A stretch of DNA of 64,000 nucleotides from assembly GCA_964016885.1 (NCBI GenBank), contig OZ024743.1:368466001-368530000 (forward strand), given 5' to 3'. Within the stretch, counting starts at the first letter, position 1. Each line of letters opens with the position of its first letter. The stretch comes from Eledone cirrhosa. Lineage: Eukaryota. The notes below the pieces were generated by a model. It was not told the DNA's origin. It saw only the letters and a list, made by a program, of their open reading frames with translations, and searched no databases. Positions 28,550 through 43,431 of this stretch are shown here, one piece after another. The translations under genes and the position numbers were made by a program.

Positions 28550-28829
28550 ATACATACATACACACATATATATATATATGCATACATACATGCACACACA
28601 CACATATATATAAATTGTAGGTCGCTTTAACCCATCTTTTATTATTCAAAAAACTTCTTGCCAATAAACATTAACCCTTTGTGCGCCATTCATCTAACTG
28701 TAGACCAACAAATACCAAGTAAACAAGAACGATGGCAAATGAATCTTGGAGGTAATTCTCTGTTACACCTTTTCGTAATAATACCAAATAACGTACTGCT
28801 GGTCACTCTTTCCTCTAAAAGCCGTACAA

Positions 28830-28863
<34 letters not shown>

Positions 28864-29319
28864 TTATATATATATATTTGTTATAAGAACAGATTAAAGT
28901 TTAAGCAAAGAATCGCTGCTTTCAACATTAACGGAATCTTCTGAAACTAAAAAATTTAATATGTGAACGCAGAAGTAAATATTTCGAGAAACGTTGCAAC
29001 CGAAGGAAAACAGCAAGCGAGGATAGTACGTCTTTATATGGACCGAGAAGAACAATTTCATGCAAAGACAAGACCAAGTTTATGGTATAAATGGAGTCGT
29101 TAGACTAATATTCTATTTAAAATAACAGAATGATTTCCAGCCCCGGAGTTTAAGAATGATGTACATAAAATTGAAAACGAAACTGACAGAGGTTATTAAA
29201 ATAGTAAAAGTAAATAGTGAAGATTTAGGCCACTACATACGTATGCCCCGACGGACATACACATACATACACACACACAAATACATACGCACATACACAC
29301 GCACACGCGCGTGCGCGTA

Positions 29320-29755
29320 AGTATAAACCTTTTGCATTTCTACAATATTTTCACCAAACTTAAGACATAGGTTACTCATATACTCCGGATGGTCATGGAC
29401 ACTTTCATTTTTCCAGATATTGATTATACGGCCTCCCGGCAGATAACCCCCTTCATCCGCTTCCATGGAGTCGACTGAAGCACTGCAGTGCAATGCAAAA
29501 AAACGTCATAACTTCTGGAGTTCGCAACCGATTTTCACAAAACTTGACACATGGGCTACGTTTGTTCTACAGATGAATGTGAACTCTCAGAATTGGCACA
29601 TATTGAGTAGGGGACCCCTGGGGGCAGGAACCCTCTTTTGGAAAAAGCCGATGATTTTGTAAAAGTATAGTTTTCGAAGCAGCACTGAAGTATTGACATA
29701 AATGGTATACACAACTACTATTTAATACCCGAGCAACGCCGGGTACCTCTGCTAG
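29320..29755 (+). mobile_element. Non-autonomous Helitron-type element (3' end clear, 5' end approximate)
   Basis: Terminal hairpin ACCCGAGCAACGCCGGGT then CTAG|T at 29752-29755; similar end at 63496-63525. Confidence 0.6.
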
Positions 29756-29763
29756 TATATATA

Positions 29764-29897
<134 letters not shown>

Positions 29898-29902
29898 TGT
29901 AC

Positions 29903-29975
<73 letters not shown>

Positions 29976-30846
29976 TATGTGTATATATATATCAATATAT
30001 ACACATATATATATTGAAAATTAGAATCTGTCAGCTTTATCTCCCTCTCTTTGCTGAAAAGTTAAAGTAAGTGAGACCGTCACTACTCTCGAACAATAGC
30101 ATAAGGTCTTCAAAATGCTTTTAATTAAGCATACAGTGTATTGCAAAATACACTATATATACATTCATATATATATATATATGTATACATACATATATAT
30201 ATGTATATATACATATGCGTATGTATGTGTATATATATATATATATATATAACATATATATATACATACATACATACACCCATACTAGCGTGGAAGATGG
30301 ATGTTAAATGATGATGATTATATGTATATATATATATATATGAATATACTATATATATATAGAGAGAAATGAATATGTCTTTCCTTTTACTGCTTCTTTC
30401 TTCCTATCTCCCTTCTTCAGGTGACTTCTGCTTGCAGTGTTCTTCCTTTCTTGCAATGACTTGAGGTTTAGAGGACACCGTTTTTTTTCTTCCTCGTTCT
30501 AACCAGTCCCAACAAAAACATTATAGAAACAGAGATATTTATTTCTCCGTTGCTAAGTGACACCTATCCTTCGCAGTCCTTTCAGTCAAATCGTTGAAAC
30601 TGCAGGTGATCTGAGAGTTGAGTGTATTTAAATATTTGTGATCTGCTCTCACCATTCTATTTCTTTTCTATCAATTCTTCGAGCCAACTTACTTTGAGCC
30701 ACTGATTTCTGTCCGCCGAGGAAATGTTTTACCCAACACCATTTCAACAGCATTTAGCTGTTTTAAGAGTTTCCTTACACCAAGTCTTTCCATTACCTTT
30801 TACACACATATATATATATGTATGTATATATATATATATATATATA

Positions 30847-32025
30847 CAGTGTGTGTAAGGTATTTGAGGACAATTTATGTTTATAGAAAAACAGATATAT
30901 GATAACAGATAATCATTTAATTATTGAAAAAATGCTATAAACATAAAAATAAATTATCTTTTTATAATTTTATTCAATAAAGCCACCGTCATCTTCAATA
31001 ACTGTTTCTACACGAGATCAAAATCATCTACATGGTTGAATTAAATGGACCTGGTTCATATTGGACATTACTCTGGCTATGGCGACTTTAACAACATTCC
31101 ACATGTACTCGTCCAATGGATTGAGATCTGGGGAGTTAGGAGGCCAAATGTTAGGGGTTCTGTGAACATGAAAATGTTCAGCCTTCTATTCCTGCATTAC
31201 TTGAGCCTTGTGCTGAAACACACAAAGCCTTCCATTACACACACTGTCTATCCAGGGCTAAACAACTGTTTCCTGGACATCGATGTAGACAGCAGAGTTA
31301 ACTCTAAGGCCTTGTGGAAAGTAGTGAGGAGGCATCACATGTCCTTCATTGCTGACAACCATGACAGTTGCAGGAAAGTTTGTATGCATAACTGTTGGAA
31401 CTTCAAAAGGGTCTGAATATAACCATCTGTTATCATTTCTTTTGTTAAATTTCTGATTTTGGTCAAAGTTTTTCTCATCTGAGAAAAATCAAATCACATC
31501 ATCTTCTGCTGGATTTTTTAATTTCTTTAGGAGCTTTTTAGATCTGATTAAGCGATTTTTCTTTTTTTTTTTCTGACATAAATTAACCTTTCCTCATGAC
31601 ATAAGACATATCTAAATAATATTTCTGATTGTTCCTTCTGACACATGGAAATTGCAAGTGACCTCATGGATTTTCTGTGACTGTCATCAATGATCTGCTG
31701 AACTTGCTGGATAAATTCAGATGTTCTGATGATGTTAGAGTGTTAGGAATGCTTCTTGTGCTCTGATACTGTTGATACGTTTCCATCTTCAGTCTATAAC
31801 TCCTTATGAACTTTGTAGATGAAAGATCTGGCAACTTTTAAAAATCGAGTTATCTCTAAATCACTATGCTCAGCCTTTAAAGCCACAATTGCAGCATGCC
31901 CTTTCATTTCTTGAGTGAGCTGAGTGTCTGCCATTATTGTTTTCCCCCCAAAAAGATGATATAAAGTTTATTAAATGAAGCAATAACCAAATAAAGGTAT
32001 GTCCTCAGATACCTTACGTACCATA
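30847..32025 (-). mobile_element. Decayed Tc1/mariner-superfamily (DD37D/maT-like) DNA transposon
   Basis: Imperfect TIRs GTAAGGTAT(T/C)TGAGGACA at both ends, TA-flanked. Confidence 0.8.
30970..31934 (-). pseudogene. Transposase remnant
   Basis: N-terminus MADTQLTQEMKGHAAIVALK...EITRFLKVARSFIYKV, motif WPPNSPDLNPLDEYMW, C-terminus RVETVIEDDGGFIE*; no continuous ORF. Confidence 0.8.
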
Positions 32026-32313
32026 TATATGTATGTGTATATATATCATGTTCATCATCATGTTATGTCCATTTTTCCATGCTAGTTAAATGAGTTGTCC
32101 TGTTGTAGGCAATGCCAGGTCCGATGACCATGTCTTACTCATAACCATATATATATAAATTAATAAAAACAATGAATAAAAACAAAGAAGTTCCTTATAT
32201 TAACTCTGTTGTCCTGTGATTTTCATCGAAAATGTTTGAATGCATCTTCTCTTTTCATGATATATGGAATACATATATATATATATAAATGTCGTATTTC
32301 TAAAGAAACATGG

Positions 32314-32534
32314 CATGTTTACAGGAAACATTTAGGAAGCCGTAGCTATGTAAACACTGGGGATAGTGCCCTCTGGTGGTGTCCAGCAGAAGCAAGCGGT
32401 GGGAGGGACCGTCCTGATGAAGGCCAGTCAAGCCTGAAGATGGTTGTCCCCCTTGCTTCTGCTGGACACCACCAGAGGGCGCTAGCCCCGGTGTTTACAT
32501 AGCTACGGCTTCCTAAATGTTTCCTGTAAGCATG
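32314..32534. repeat. ~83-bp imperfect inverted repeat around a degenerate hammerhead-like spacer
   Basis: Arms ~32314-32396 and 32452-32534; spacer ACCGTC-CTGATGA-AGGC...GCCT-GAA-GATGGT. Confidence 0.75.
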
Positions 32535-32596
32535 GTATGTTTGAAGCGAAATCCTATTTCTATATATTTAGATATATATGTGTATGTGTATATATA

Positions 32597-32666
32597 TTGG
32601 GTCGTCAAGTATGAAATTTGTAGAAAAAAAAACAAATTTCTACCAATTTCATACTTGACGATCCAA
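32597..32666. mobile_element. 70-bp palindromic mariner-type MITE
   Basis: TTGGGTCGTCAAGTATGAAATTTGTAGAAA ... TTTCTACCAATTTCATACTTGACGATCCAA flanked by TA. Confidence 0.65.
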
Positions 32667-34059
32667 TATATATTTATATGTATATATATATATATCATCA
32701 TCATCATCATTTAACGCATATATATATATATCATCATCATCATCATTTTACATCAGCTTTTTCCTGCATGCAAGGGTGGGATATATATGTTTATATAAAT
32801 ATATATATCAACCTATTTGTATTTACCGTTGTTGTGGTATATGTATGGCCACTGCCTTCAGTCATTTTTCTTGGTGTCACACTTTACCTTTTGTGTTTAC
32901 TCTGGACGATAATGTATTAACTTCTCACTCCATTGAGTGCTTTGTGATTGTATTAAACAATTTGATTGTACATGCTATATTGCGGCTACAACTTTGATTC
33001 ATACCCAATATTGTGTATATATATATATGTGTGTGTGTGAGTGTGTGTATATATGTGTGTATGTGTGTATATATGCATACAAAGACATATATGGATGTAT
33101 ATACATATATATATATACACACACAAACACATACACATATGCATATATATACATGTATCTATATATTTATATATATGTTAAGTGCTTGAATATGGAAGGG
33201 CTCCTCTTCTGCTTAGTTTTTCATCACTGATAATACTAATTCATATAGGAAAGGTGCTTGATAAAATATTCTATGAAATGGGAATTTTACCAAAATCGTT
33301 ACTTATGTCGCTAGTATTGATTATTAATAATATATAACAATGATTAGTATTGTTCACTGAAGTCTATATTGATTTTTTCTTGTTTATATATTTGTTTGTG
33401 ATTTCATTAAAAAAAAAACCTACTTTAAAATAAACAAAAATAAAACTGTTGAGTTTCTCACAGCATGTGGCAAACTGATTTGGTCCTGAGACCTTTTTTG
33501 TCATCAAATAATGGTTATTTTGATGGTAATAATTATGGTTTTGTTCATGATAATTATAATTTTATTTATATAAATGAGCATTATAGTGATTGGCTCAATA
33601 ACATATTTCATTCTATCACTACAATGTCACAAATTTGCTTGGGAGAGGACACAGCCCATTGACTTTACCCCAATTTATAATGGGAAGGAAGAAAGACCAA
33701 GTTAACCCTGACAGGATTTTAACCCAGTACATAGCAGAACTAAAATACTGTAATACCGTTAGTTGAATTCTGTAGTGTCTCAATCAATGATAATAATAAT
33801 ATAGGCACAAATTTGGAAGAGAGATTAATTATTCTAGTAAATCAACCGCAAGTATTAACTAATAATACTAATGGCAATGGATAAATGTATAGTTAATATT
33901 TCTTTTAACAATATTTTAAGTCTTTCGGTGAAAAATGTTCAGGTGTACAGTAAGAGAGCTATTTGAAAAAAACACATCAACACTAGTTTGGTTTCCTTAC
34001 TAGCAAGGGTTGGATATTACATACATACGTATTTACATACATATGCCTATATATACATA

Positions 34060-34400
34060 TATATATATATAAATGGATGTAAAAATTATATATATATACA
34101 TATTTATGCATTCATAAAGTCACATGACACATAACAGACTCTATATATATTGTAATGTGTGTATATATATATATATATAAATGGATGAAAAAATTATATA
34201 TATATATACATATTTATGCATTCATAAAGTCACATGACACATAACTGACTCTATATATATTGTAATGTGTGTATATATATATATATAAATGGATGTAAAA
34301 ATTATATATATATATATATATACATATTTATGCATTCATAAAGTCACATGACACATAACTGACTCTATATATATTGTAATGTGTGTATATATATATATAA
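34060..34400. repeat. ~108-bp tandem repeat x3
   Basis: AAATGGATG at 34071, 34179 and 34287. Confidence 0.9.
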
Positions 34401-35631
34401 ACATATACTATCATAAATGTGTACTAATCATGCATACTGTAGATATCGCATACACAAATATAACCAAATACAAACACATACATACACCAACATACATATA
34501 AAATCGGACATTTACTCACTATCATGCACATACATGTGTGTGTGTGTGTATTCCTTTACAGGGTTCAGTTATTAGACTGATGTCATGCTGGCGAACTACC
34601 TTGTAAAAAATACATAAATATGATCAAGCTTAGTTGAATAGTCTACAGGGAATAAACTTAGTTTTCTTCAATGTTATACATAACATCTTAAATGTCACAT
34701 CATCATCATCATCATTGTTTAATGTCATTTTTCATCGCTAGTATATGTATCCAATTTATTTATAATTTCAGTTGTTGGTTTCTTTTCTAGATATCTCAAG
34801 ATTAATTTCCTTTTTTGTGATTTTCTTTTTGGCTTCCTAAACTGTTTTTATTTTTACCAATTTACAAGCAACCCATAGGTAGTTATTAAGAACTGGTATT
34901 GTTATGTTATAGTTGTTCATTTTTTAATAAAATTTATGAAGAGGAACATTGTTTTATATCTATTTGTTTTGTTTATTTTTCTTTCCTATTTTCTCAGCCA
35001 GCTTCTTGTTTTTGTTTTCACAGTAAACTGCTAGTAATTTTCACTACTGAGATCTTATTCTCTATCGAGTTGTGATAAACTGTCAGCTTAGTTTCCTAGA
35101 TTAATCTTTCATTGTTGATGCCATCCTCAAAGCTGCATTATATTTGCATTTGTGTTGCAGAGGAAAATTACTGATATCTAATATCCTGTCTGATATTGTT
35201 TTTTAAACTGTTCTTGCCAAACTTCTTTTGTTTTCACTCTAATTTGTATTTTTCTAGCTTTCAGATACTTTGGCAAATACTGTATTTGTTGTGCTTCTTT
35301 TTAAAATGTATCTTAGTCCATATATTTATATCAAAATCCTTTATGCATGAATGACTTCTAATGCCTGATTGTTTTAAACAATTGACATTCAATAGCCAAA
35401 AGTTCAACTCTAAGTCAGTCTTTGTTTCGTACTATCTTTTATATCCATTTATCTTTAATTTTCCACCTAGTTACAATATTTGCATTTAACCAGTTGTGAC
35501 ATCATATTGAGTATTTGTCAACCAAACTTATACAGCTTAAATTCAGTTATTAAAATCTTTTAAAATAGTTGCTTTTGTGGCATTTTGGCCATATTTCTGA
35601 AACTTGTAATGTACAAGTTTTGATGGATGTT

Positions 35632-36785
35632 CATCATCATCACCATCACCATTTAATGTCCATTTCCCATGCTAGCATAGGTTAGATGAGTTGTCCGGTT
35701 GTGAGACAAGCCAGATCAGATGACAATGTCTTGCTCATACATAACTGATTTTGGTTTGGTTTCTACATCTGGATGCCCTTCCTAACACTAACCACATTTA
35801 CAGTGTGTACTGGGTGCTTTTTGTGTGACTACTTTTCAGTGGGGAAGGTGTGTGTGGATGGGGGTGGTAGGTATAGGGGCATATGAGAGGTGGAGTGTTA
35901 GGACATGGGTGAGTGTTAGGACGTGGGAGGTGTATGAAAGGATGACAGTAGTGCATACTAGATATATGTTTCATCCTGTGTTCATGAGAAGGCAGGTCTT
36001 TTGTATTATTGCATAATGCCAGAGATCTTGGTCGTGTGACATCACCTTTGAGAGGTACAATTGTGCAAGGTCAGCTTTTATCACCTCATTCCAAGTCTCC
36101 CTGTACTAATGCATTCACCTTTCCTGTACACTGCATCAGATCCCTCTTATGTATAGTTTCAGTCTCAGTTCATTTATGCTTTGCATTCAAGCTTTATTTT
36201 TTCCAACCTTTGCAGGTCCTCTGCATACAGTGCCCAGGCCTCACTTTCATGCAACATTGCTGTTCATATACACACATCATACAATCTGCCCTTTATTTTG
36301 AAGCGTTTTGTAACTAGCAGTACTAGTAGCTCCCTGAACTTCTTCCATCCCGTTCTTACTTTGGCTACTGTACTTTCAGAACACCCACCACCACTGCTAA
36401 TTTGGTCACCCAGGTAACAGAAGCTGTCTACTGCTTCAACTGAACCTTCCCAGAATTTGAGAGCGCTTGTTTCCTGTGGTTATTTGCTGCTTATTGATAC
36501 ATGTAAAACGTAAATTCTTAGCTAAACTATCTGAGACCCCCACTACATCTCTTGTGTACCCATAGTTAGCAGAGGATGGAATTTCTACCTACACCTTTCC
36601 TACACACTGAGCATGGCTGTTTCCTCGAGGGGATCAGGGCTCTGTTTTCCCTTCTACTTACTAGGACCTTAGTCTTTGTCAGGTCGACTTTAAGACCCTT
36701 TGTTTCTAGGCCATGCTTCCAGGTTTGGAATTTCTTTTCTAATTCTGCCATAGATTCAGCTATAAATGTAAGATCATCCACATAC
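35632..36785 (-). mobile_element. Old, deleted RTE copy
   Basis: Remnant [23 protein letters not shown]...[15 protein letters not shown]; degenerate 3' UTR and (GAT)n tail. Confidence 0.85.
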
Positions 36786-38654
36786 AAAGTCTGCTAAAAT
36801 TCAATGTCTCTACAGTTTAGTAAGGAATCAATATGTTAAATAGACTATAAAACTCTGATTTTCCAATTACTCTTTTCATTTAGTGAAGGGCAATGAAAAT
36901 GGGGAAATCTGCAAAGGAATGGCATTCTCCTCCTTGTCAGTTTCTCATGGAGAAAGGGCTTATAGCATCTACTCTCTCCTTCCCAACCTCAGCCTCCCAG
37001 GCCTTAGCGTAGCCCTTATTCCTAAAACCCATCTACATCATTGGGTGAATAAGTTTTTCACAAGATTACTCAACAAAGAAAATCAAACTGAAAAGCAATC
37101 TATGTTTAAAGTGTTTTCATGCCATTTCTATAGATACTTTATTTGTGTTTTAAAATATTGTTTGTATCAGCCCAATTCTGGTCTTTAGTATTAGTATTCG
37201 GATTAACACCATATGGTAATGATAAATAATTGTTTGCCAGATGATTACTTGATATTAATATTAATGGAATTGCTTGTTAAAAGTGAAGGACTTTGGTAAA
37301 AGCAGGACTTTTTGGACTTCTGAGAAGTTTTCCTGACATTTACTAGCAGGCTTTTCATTCACATTTCACTACTGCCTTAATATTTTCCTTCAGATATCAT
37401 AAATATAGACCTTTAAAACTCATGCAACCAAGTATCATTTAACAGACATATGTATTAATAATACATGCCTCTATCAGTAACAATTAATGCAAACCCTTGC
37501 AATCATGCACAATCAGAGGGTTATGATTGCATTACAACATTTCTGGGATGGTGCATACATCATCTTCATTCAGCACTATTAAATGACAATTGATCCATTT
37601 TTTAAGTATGACCCTCTGCCATCCCTAAATGCATCACTAGACATTGCTCACTGTCTGTTTTCCAGTTAACTATAATAATCTTATCCAGCTATCCCAATCC
37701 CTTATCTAGAAGGGCCTATAAAGGTCAATAGTACTGCCCTTCCTTTTCTCTGACTAATAAAATCAAATCTGTGTTCCTCTAGATTGTTTTTTTGTAGATA
37801 CAGGCCATTTCTCAAATTACTGATTCAATGTGTTATTCAATATCCCTAAACTGATAATAAATTGCACTATAAGTTTGTGATGTTGATTGTCAAGCTATTA
37901 TTTCATTCATTGATTTCTTTTATAGTGACTCCACCAAATATTACTTTATTGCTTTAAATGCAGTAAGATGGAAATCCATAACAATTTTATCCTATGGGTA
38001 AAATTACAATTACACTGGACTGAATAGAAGGTTAGCTTGGTTGAGTGACTGCTTTATTTATGACTGGCATTGAGTTTGTTGGGAAAACATTTAGCTTAGA
38101 TTTCAAAGGTCTCTGACTGAAATTAAGTTACTCTATTCACTTAATATGTTAGAAAAAATATTATACAATAACAAAATTCTTATATTATGTTGCCTTATTA
38201 TCCAATTTTGTCTCTATCACATAACTGATATAATTTTACTGTTTTCTTCATTTCATTGCCATTAAATCCTTAATAACAAAAAGTGGCATGTAATGGATAA
38301 TTTCAAGTTTCAATATTGCTTTTCAACAAACACAAGAACAATGATGTTCAGAAAAAATAAGAAATCAGTATGAAGTATTATGTAGAATATGTGGTTCCAG
38401 TAGAAAGAATTGCACCATTTCAAATATTGGGATGGGTGATGAGGATAATGATAATTGTGATGATATTTTAGTTTATTTTTTACTTCATCTTTATTAAAAG
38501 ATTATCAGCTATAAGTTTCTGAAATATTTCCCATTCCCAGTTGCTGGGAGCAGATGTTGTAATTAGTTGTTATGTAGAACTTTCAGAACTTTAAATTGTG
38601 TTGTTAATGAAATAATTACAGAAGGGATAGATAGGGCACAAAAGTTTATGGATG

Positions 38655-38900
38655 AAAGTAATGGTTAGGATGTCTCACAAGTGTAATGTTGGGAGTTCAG
38701 TGCTCAATCCAGGTGGCACATTGTATTGTTAACCAAGGTACTTCATTTTACACGGCTCCAAACCACTTATATGAGAAAATGAATACCAGCAGTAGCTGGG
38801 GGTTAAATTTGGCATCCTGTCTAAAGAAAAAATTTGTTCTCTCAGTCTTTTAATGGCCCAGAATAAGCTCCAACTGGTGAATCTCTAGGTTCAAGAAAGG
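38655..38900 (+). mobile_element. Highly diverged tRNA-derived SINE
   Basis: Weak A/B-box-like head and a body resembling 25950-26096. Confidence 0.4.
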
Positions 38901-40559
38901 CTAACTTTTTTTAATCATATTTTCAAATAAGTTTGAATTAGTCAGTTTAAGTAAGTTAATTAAAATATCTATATTCTCTCTCTCAAGCAAGCATACACAT
39001 CTACAAATTCTTTATAATTAACTGTAATGGCAATTCGTTCCCCATACGCATATTCCAATATTGTCTTTTCCTGCCAACATTCTTTTAATGTCTTTCACTA
39101 TTTCCAATAGTCTTTATACTAAAGTAACATGCTAACTTTCTCACATTTCAAATACCAAATTATATATGTTTCTGCAGTAACATCCATCTTCACTCATTTT
39201 TTCTTTCTTCTGTTTGTTTTCCGGATATTATAAACAGAAATCTAAACCTTTTTAAAATAATGTACATATGTGTGATATGCATGTCTGCATATGATTTTGT
39301 GAAATTCACCAATGAAGCTGAAAGGATTTATTGCTACTTGAGAGCTTTTTTCTGTATATTCTATCTTCATGATAGAATCTTTAAGAGTTCTCTTTCAGTG
39401 ATATAACAACTGAAGCCAGAGAGGTTTTCTTTGAACAGTATAATGTGATTTTCTTTCATTTTCTCCCTCCCCCATCATATCCAAATATATATGAAAAGCA
39501 AATTTGCTGATTAAAAGCATTGTTTTATGGTCTTGCATATAGTTCAAATGAATGTTTAAATGTCGATGAATTGATGATGATAATTATTGTTGGGTTGGGT
39601 TGCTAATGGTACGTTGAACCTGACCTCACTAATTTTGTGAGCAACTATATTTGAAACAAGGTTCTTTTACTTTGTTTCCAATTTGAACTCCAACTAGAGC
39701 ACAGGGTATTTCATTTGTTCAAGCATAATCAAATAACTACCAGTAATTTACTGGGACTGTGTGGCATGTGCCTCCATTCTCGCCCTTTCCCTCTCTCACA
39801 CATGCACTGTAATAGCATTGGGCGAGATGTGACAGCAAATAAGTTTCAGTTGTTTATTGAAACCTCATCTTACCTCCCTAATCTCATTAGAAATGACATC
39901 AACTTCACAATTTCCCATTATCTTTCTTATATCTAGTTGAAAAATATTTATGTATAACATTGTTTTCTGAATTTATGGTCCCAAAGGATATTCAGTTTAT
40001 CTGATTCATTAGAGAATGCTTCTTTTATGATCAGTCTGTCAGAATATCAAATTTGATTATATTTTACCAGATAACAAGCTCGTTATAAAATTGAGAGAAT
40101 GAGAAACACCTTCAAATATCTGAACTTACATTTAATCTTTAATGGTAAACAATATCATCATCATAAATTTTATGTCTGCTTTTCATGCTGGTATGGGCTG
40201 AACAGGTTGTCATGCTCGGAGACCAGATGGGGGTGTAACAACCCATCTTGTTCATATGTTCCATATTTTGCATGGTTTCTATAACTAAATGCCTTTCCTA
40301 ACACCAACCACTTTACAGGGTGTTTTTTTATGGCATTCTTCACAACTTCAACCTATGTCTTTCACAGGTCCCATTCGCTCAGCACTTTTTTAATACAACT
40401 TGTGTTCCCCTTATACTTCACATGACCCTATACTAGCACAATCATCTCTCTTGCATGTTACATTCAATTCCTCTTCCAGTATATTTTAAATATATTCAGA
40501 AGTAGATGAATCACACATACATATGCTCAGAATACACACACACACATATTTTTATATAG

Positions 40560-41310
40560 TACAGTCAGTGACAGAATCGGTAAAGTGAGGGGAAAAGTTT
40601 CTTGCAGTATTCTGTAACCTCTCTCTATGACTGTGTTCAAATTTCAAGATCAGTTTCTTTTTATTCAACCTTCCGAGTTTAATAATTAAGTGCTTATCAG
40701 ATTACTGGAGGCGATCTGATCAACTTATGTCCTTCTCAAAAGGTTTAAGTCATGTTTCCTACATTAAAAATAATAATTGCTATTATTATTATGAAGAGTG
40801 GTGGATTGGCAGTATTGGTAGAGTGTCTGAGAAGATTCTTTGCATCATAGTTATGGCCCTTTACATTCTGATTTCAAATCCCATTGAGTTCAACCTTGCC
40901 TATTATCTTTCTGGTAGGGTTGATAAACATTGTTACCATTCAAATACTGGGATAGACTTAATCGACTTCCCCCACATCCAATTTGCTATACTTGTGCCGA
41001 AATAAGGAATTATGTATGTGGTGAATGTCAGGGGCATTCAATTACATTCATTTAGATTCTATCTTAAAATCCTGCAAGATTCAGCTTTGCCTTTCGTTCT
41101 TTTAGTGTGATAAAATAAATAGTTCCCCTAAAATTTGTGGCATTGTACCAATGTAACAAATCATTGTTTGATCACTAAGGGCAGTGGTTTGGCAGAATGA
41201 GAGTATCACAAAAAATGCTTTGCAATATTTTATGTTCTGAGTTCAAATCACACCATACTGCCTGAAGAGAATGACATATTAGATAATGTAATATTAAGTA
41301 CAGTATGACA
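40560..41310. mobile_element. Cluster of old SINE-like fragments
   Basis: Recurring degenerate motif ...TTCAAATC...CTTTGCCTTTC...GATAAA(AT)AA at about 40630, 40870, 41060 and 41240. Confidence 0.4.
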
Positions 41311-42044
41311 GAAAAGATAAAATGGTCACAGCTGTAATACTTTTGATCAGTAGTGTGCTTGATCAAGTTTGACCTGATGCTAAACAATTACTATCAAGAA
41401 AACCAAATCTCTCTCAAACTAAAATTTTAAATATCAAGCAAGTTGTTTTTAAGTACTAAATTCTAAGATACTACATCCCATAATAATGTTGAAATTACCA
41501 TTGCTACTGTGTTCTTTAGACCATAAACCTAAATCCAATATACTAAACATCTCATCTCTTCATATCTGTCATGGTTGGGAGTAGGTATTCAACTAGAGGT
41601 TATTTCATTTCTTTTTAAACATTTTAGTCTAGACTAGGGAGACCATGGTGGGATTGATAAAGTTGATCAGCTAAAACTTCTGGGAAAATTGCAGTTTTGC
41701 TGAGAATTTGTAAAGTGGTTAGTGTAGAATTTTGTGGACAATGTATCATCATCATCATATACCCATTTTTCTGTGTTGGCATGGGTTGGGCAGGTCAATA
41801 GTCATTACAAAAGTAGCCATCTCTGGTGTCGTGTATATTTTAGGTGCTTTTTATCATGCCACCAGTACTAGAGGTTTTCCCATGTGAGGAAAATTATGAA
41901 ATCCTTTCTAATTTGAATAAAAATCATATTCAGAGTTACTACTTCCCTAGATGGATAGTCAGTGTGACTTGTTGAGTCTATGTCCCACTTGAACATTTCA
42001 CAGTCAACCCTTATATATAATGATTTTTCTCTACTACCAGTATT

Positions 42045-42845
42045 GTCATCATCATCCTCATTTTACATCTATTTTTCCATGCTAGCAGGGGTTGGACAGG
42101 TATTATCCTGCACAGCTTCCCTCCACTTGTTACATTCCTTCAATTTCTCCTCTGTGAGCTTCAATAATTTCAGATAAGTTCTCACCAATTCGACTTAGGT
42201 GTTTCTTGATCTTCCTCCACTGCAATTTCTTGTTACTATTTCACCCAGCTATCATCATCCATATGCATGACATATCCACACCACTGCAGTCTTCTCTCAT
42301 GTACATTACATCTGATTCCTCATATATCCAGTTTTTCTCTCAGTTTAATGGAGCTTGCTTACTTCATTTCTCTTCAGTATCCATAGCATATACCACCTTT
42401 GTCTCACTGCCATGCAACATCGCATTTCTCATGCAAGCATCATACAATCTACCCTTCACTCAGAAAATAAAAATGCTTTTGTGCACAGAAGTAGTAGCTT
42501 TCAGAAATTTTTCCATTTGTTTTTTGTTGTTGTTTTTTTCTAGCTTGTATAATTTCATAGCAACTTCCTCCACTACTAATTATGTCACCTATATAACAGC
42601 AGCTATCAACTATTATTGAGCCTTCCAGGGATTGGAAAAGGTTTATTTCACTGAGGCCTTTACTATCCTGCTACATCTACCACTGGTGTCTTTTTCCCTA
42701 CTTAACTAAAACATTGGTTTTTGTCAAGCTTACTTTAAGCCCTTTTGATTCTAAGTTCTGTTCCCACAACCAGAATTTCTTTTCTAGCTCTTCTATAGAT
42801 TGTTATAAGAGCCAATTTGTCAGCATACAGAAGTTCCCATGGACA
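42045..42845 (-). mobile_element. Old RTE remnant
   Basis: [14 protein letters not shown] remnant, GSET-region homology and a degenerate tail. Confidence 0.7.
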
Positions 42846-43431
42846 GTGGTTATTTATCACTTCATTAGTGTGTATGTGTATAGTGACAATTAAAAATTGA
42901 GATGTTATTAACTTATTAATATTATGTATTGATATATATATATGTGTGTGTGTGTATTTTTTGTTCAAGGCTGTATATTCACAGAGATATATCTACTCTG
43001 AGCTTTGCGGTTAGATGATTCTTAATTGTATACACTGAGGCAATAGAGATTATGGTAGGAAGATGTAGCAGTAGTTTTAGTGTGTTGATGGTGTGAAAGT
43101 TGTAGTAACAATGTAAGGAAGATAAGCACAATTGTGTATTAGTGTTTGTAGTGTGATGTTTTATGGAACTTTTGCCAATTAATCAACAGACCTGAGGTGG
43201 GGAGCAGCTTTATAACTACTGTCAATTGGGCCCACTCAATAACAAGACGGTTTGTTTTTTCTATATCCTCATTACTTCAAATGATAATTAGCAAACTAAT
43301 TATTTTTGTTTCATCTTCATTTATTGCTCTGGGAGAATTGTGTGGGTGTGTGTGTGTGGTGTGTGTGTGTTAGTGTGCGTGTTTATATACATATATATAT
43401 AATCTACTTTTCCATGCTTGCATGGGTTGGA

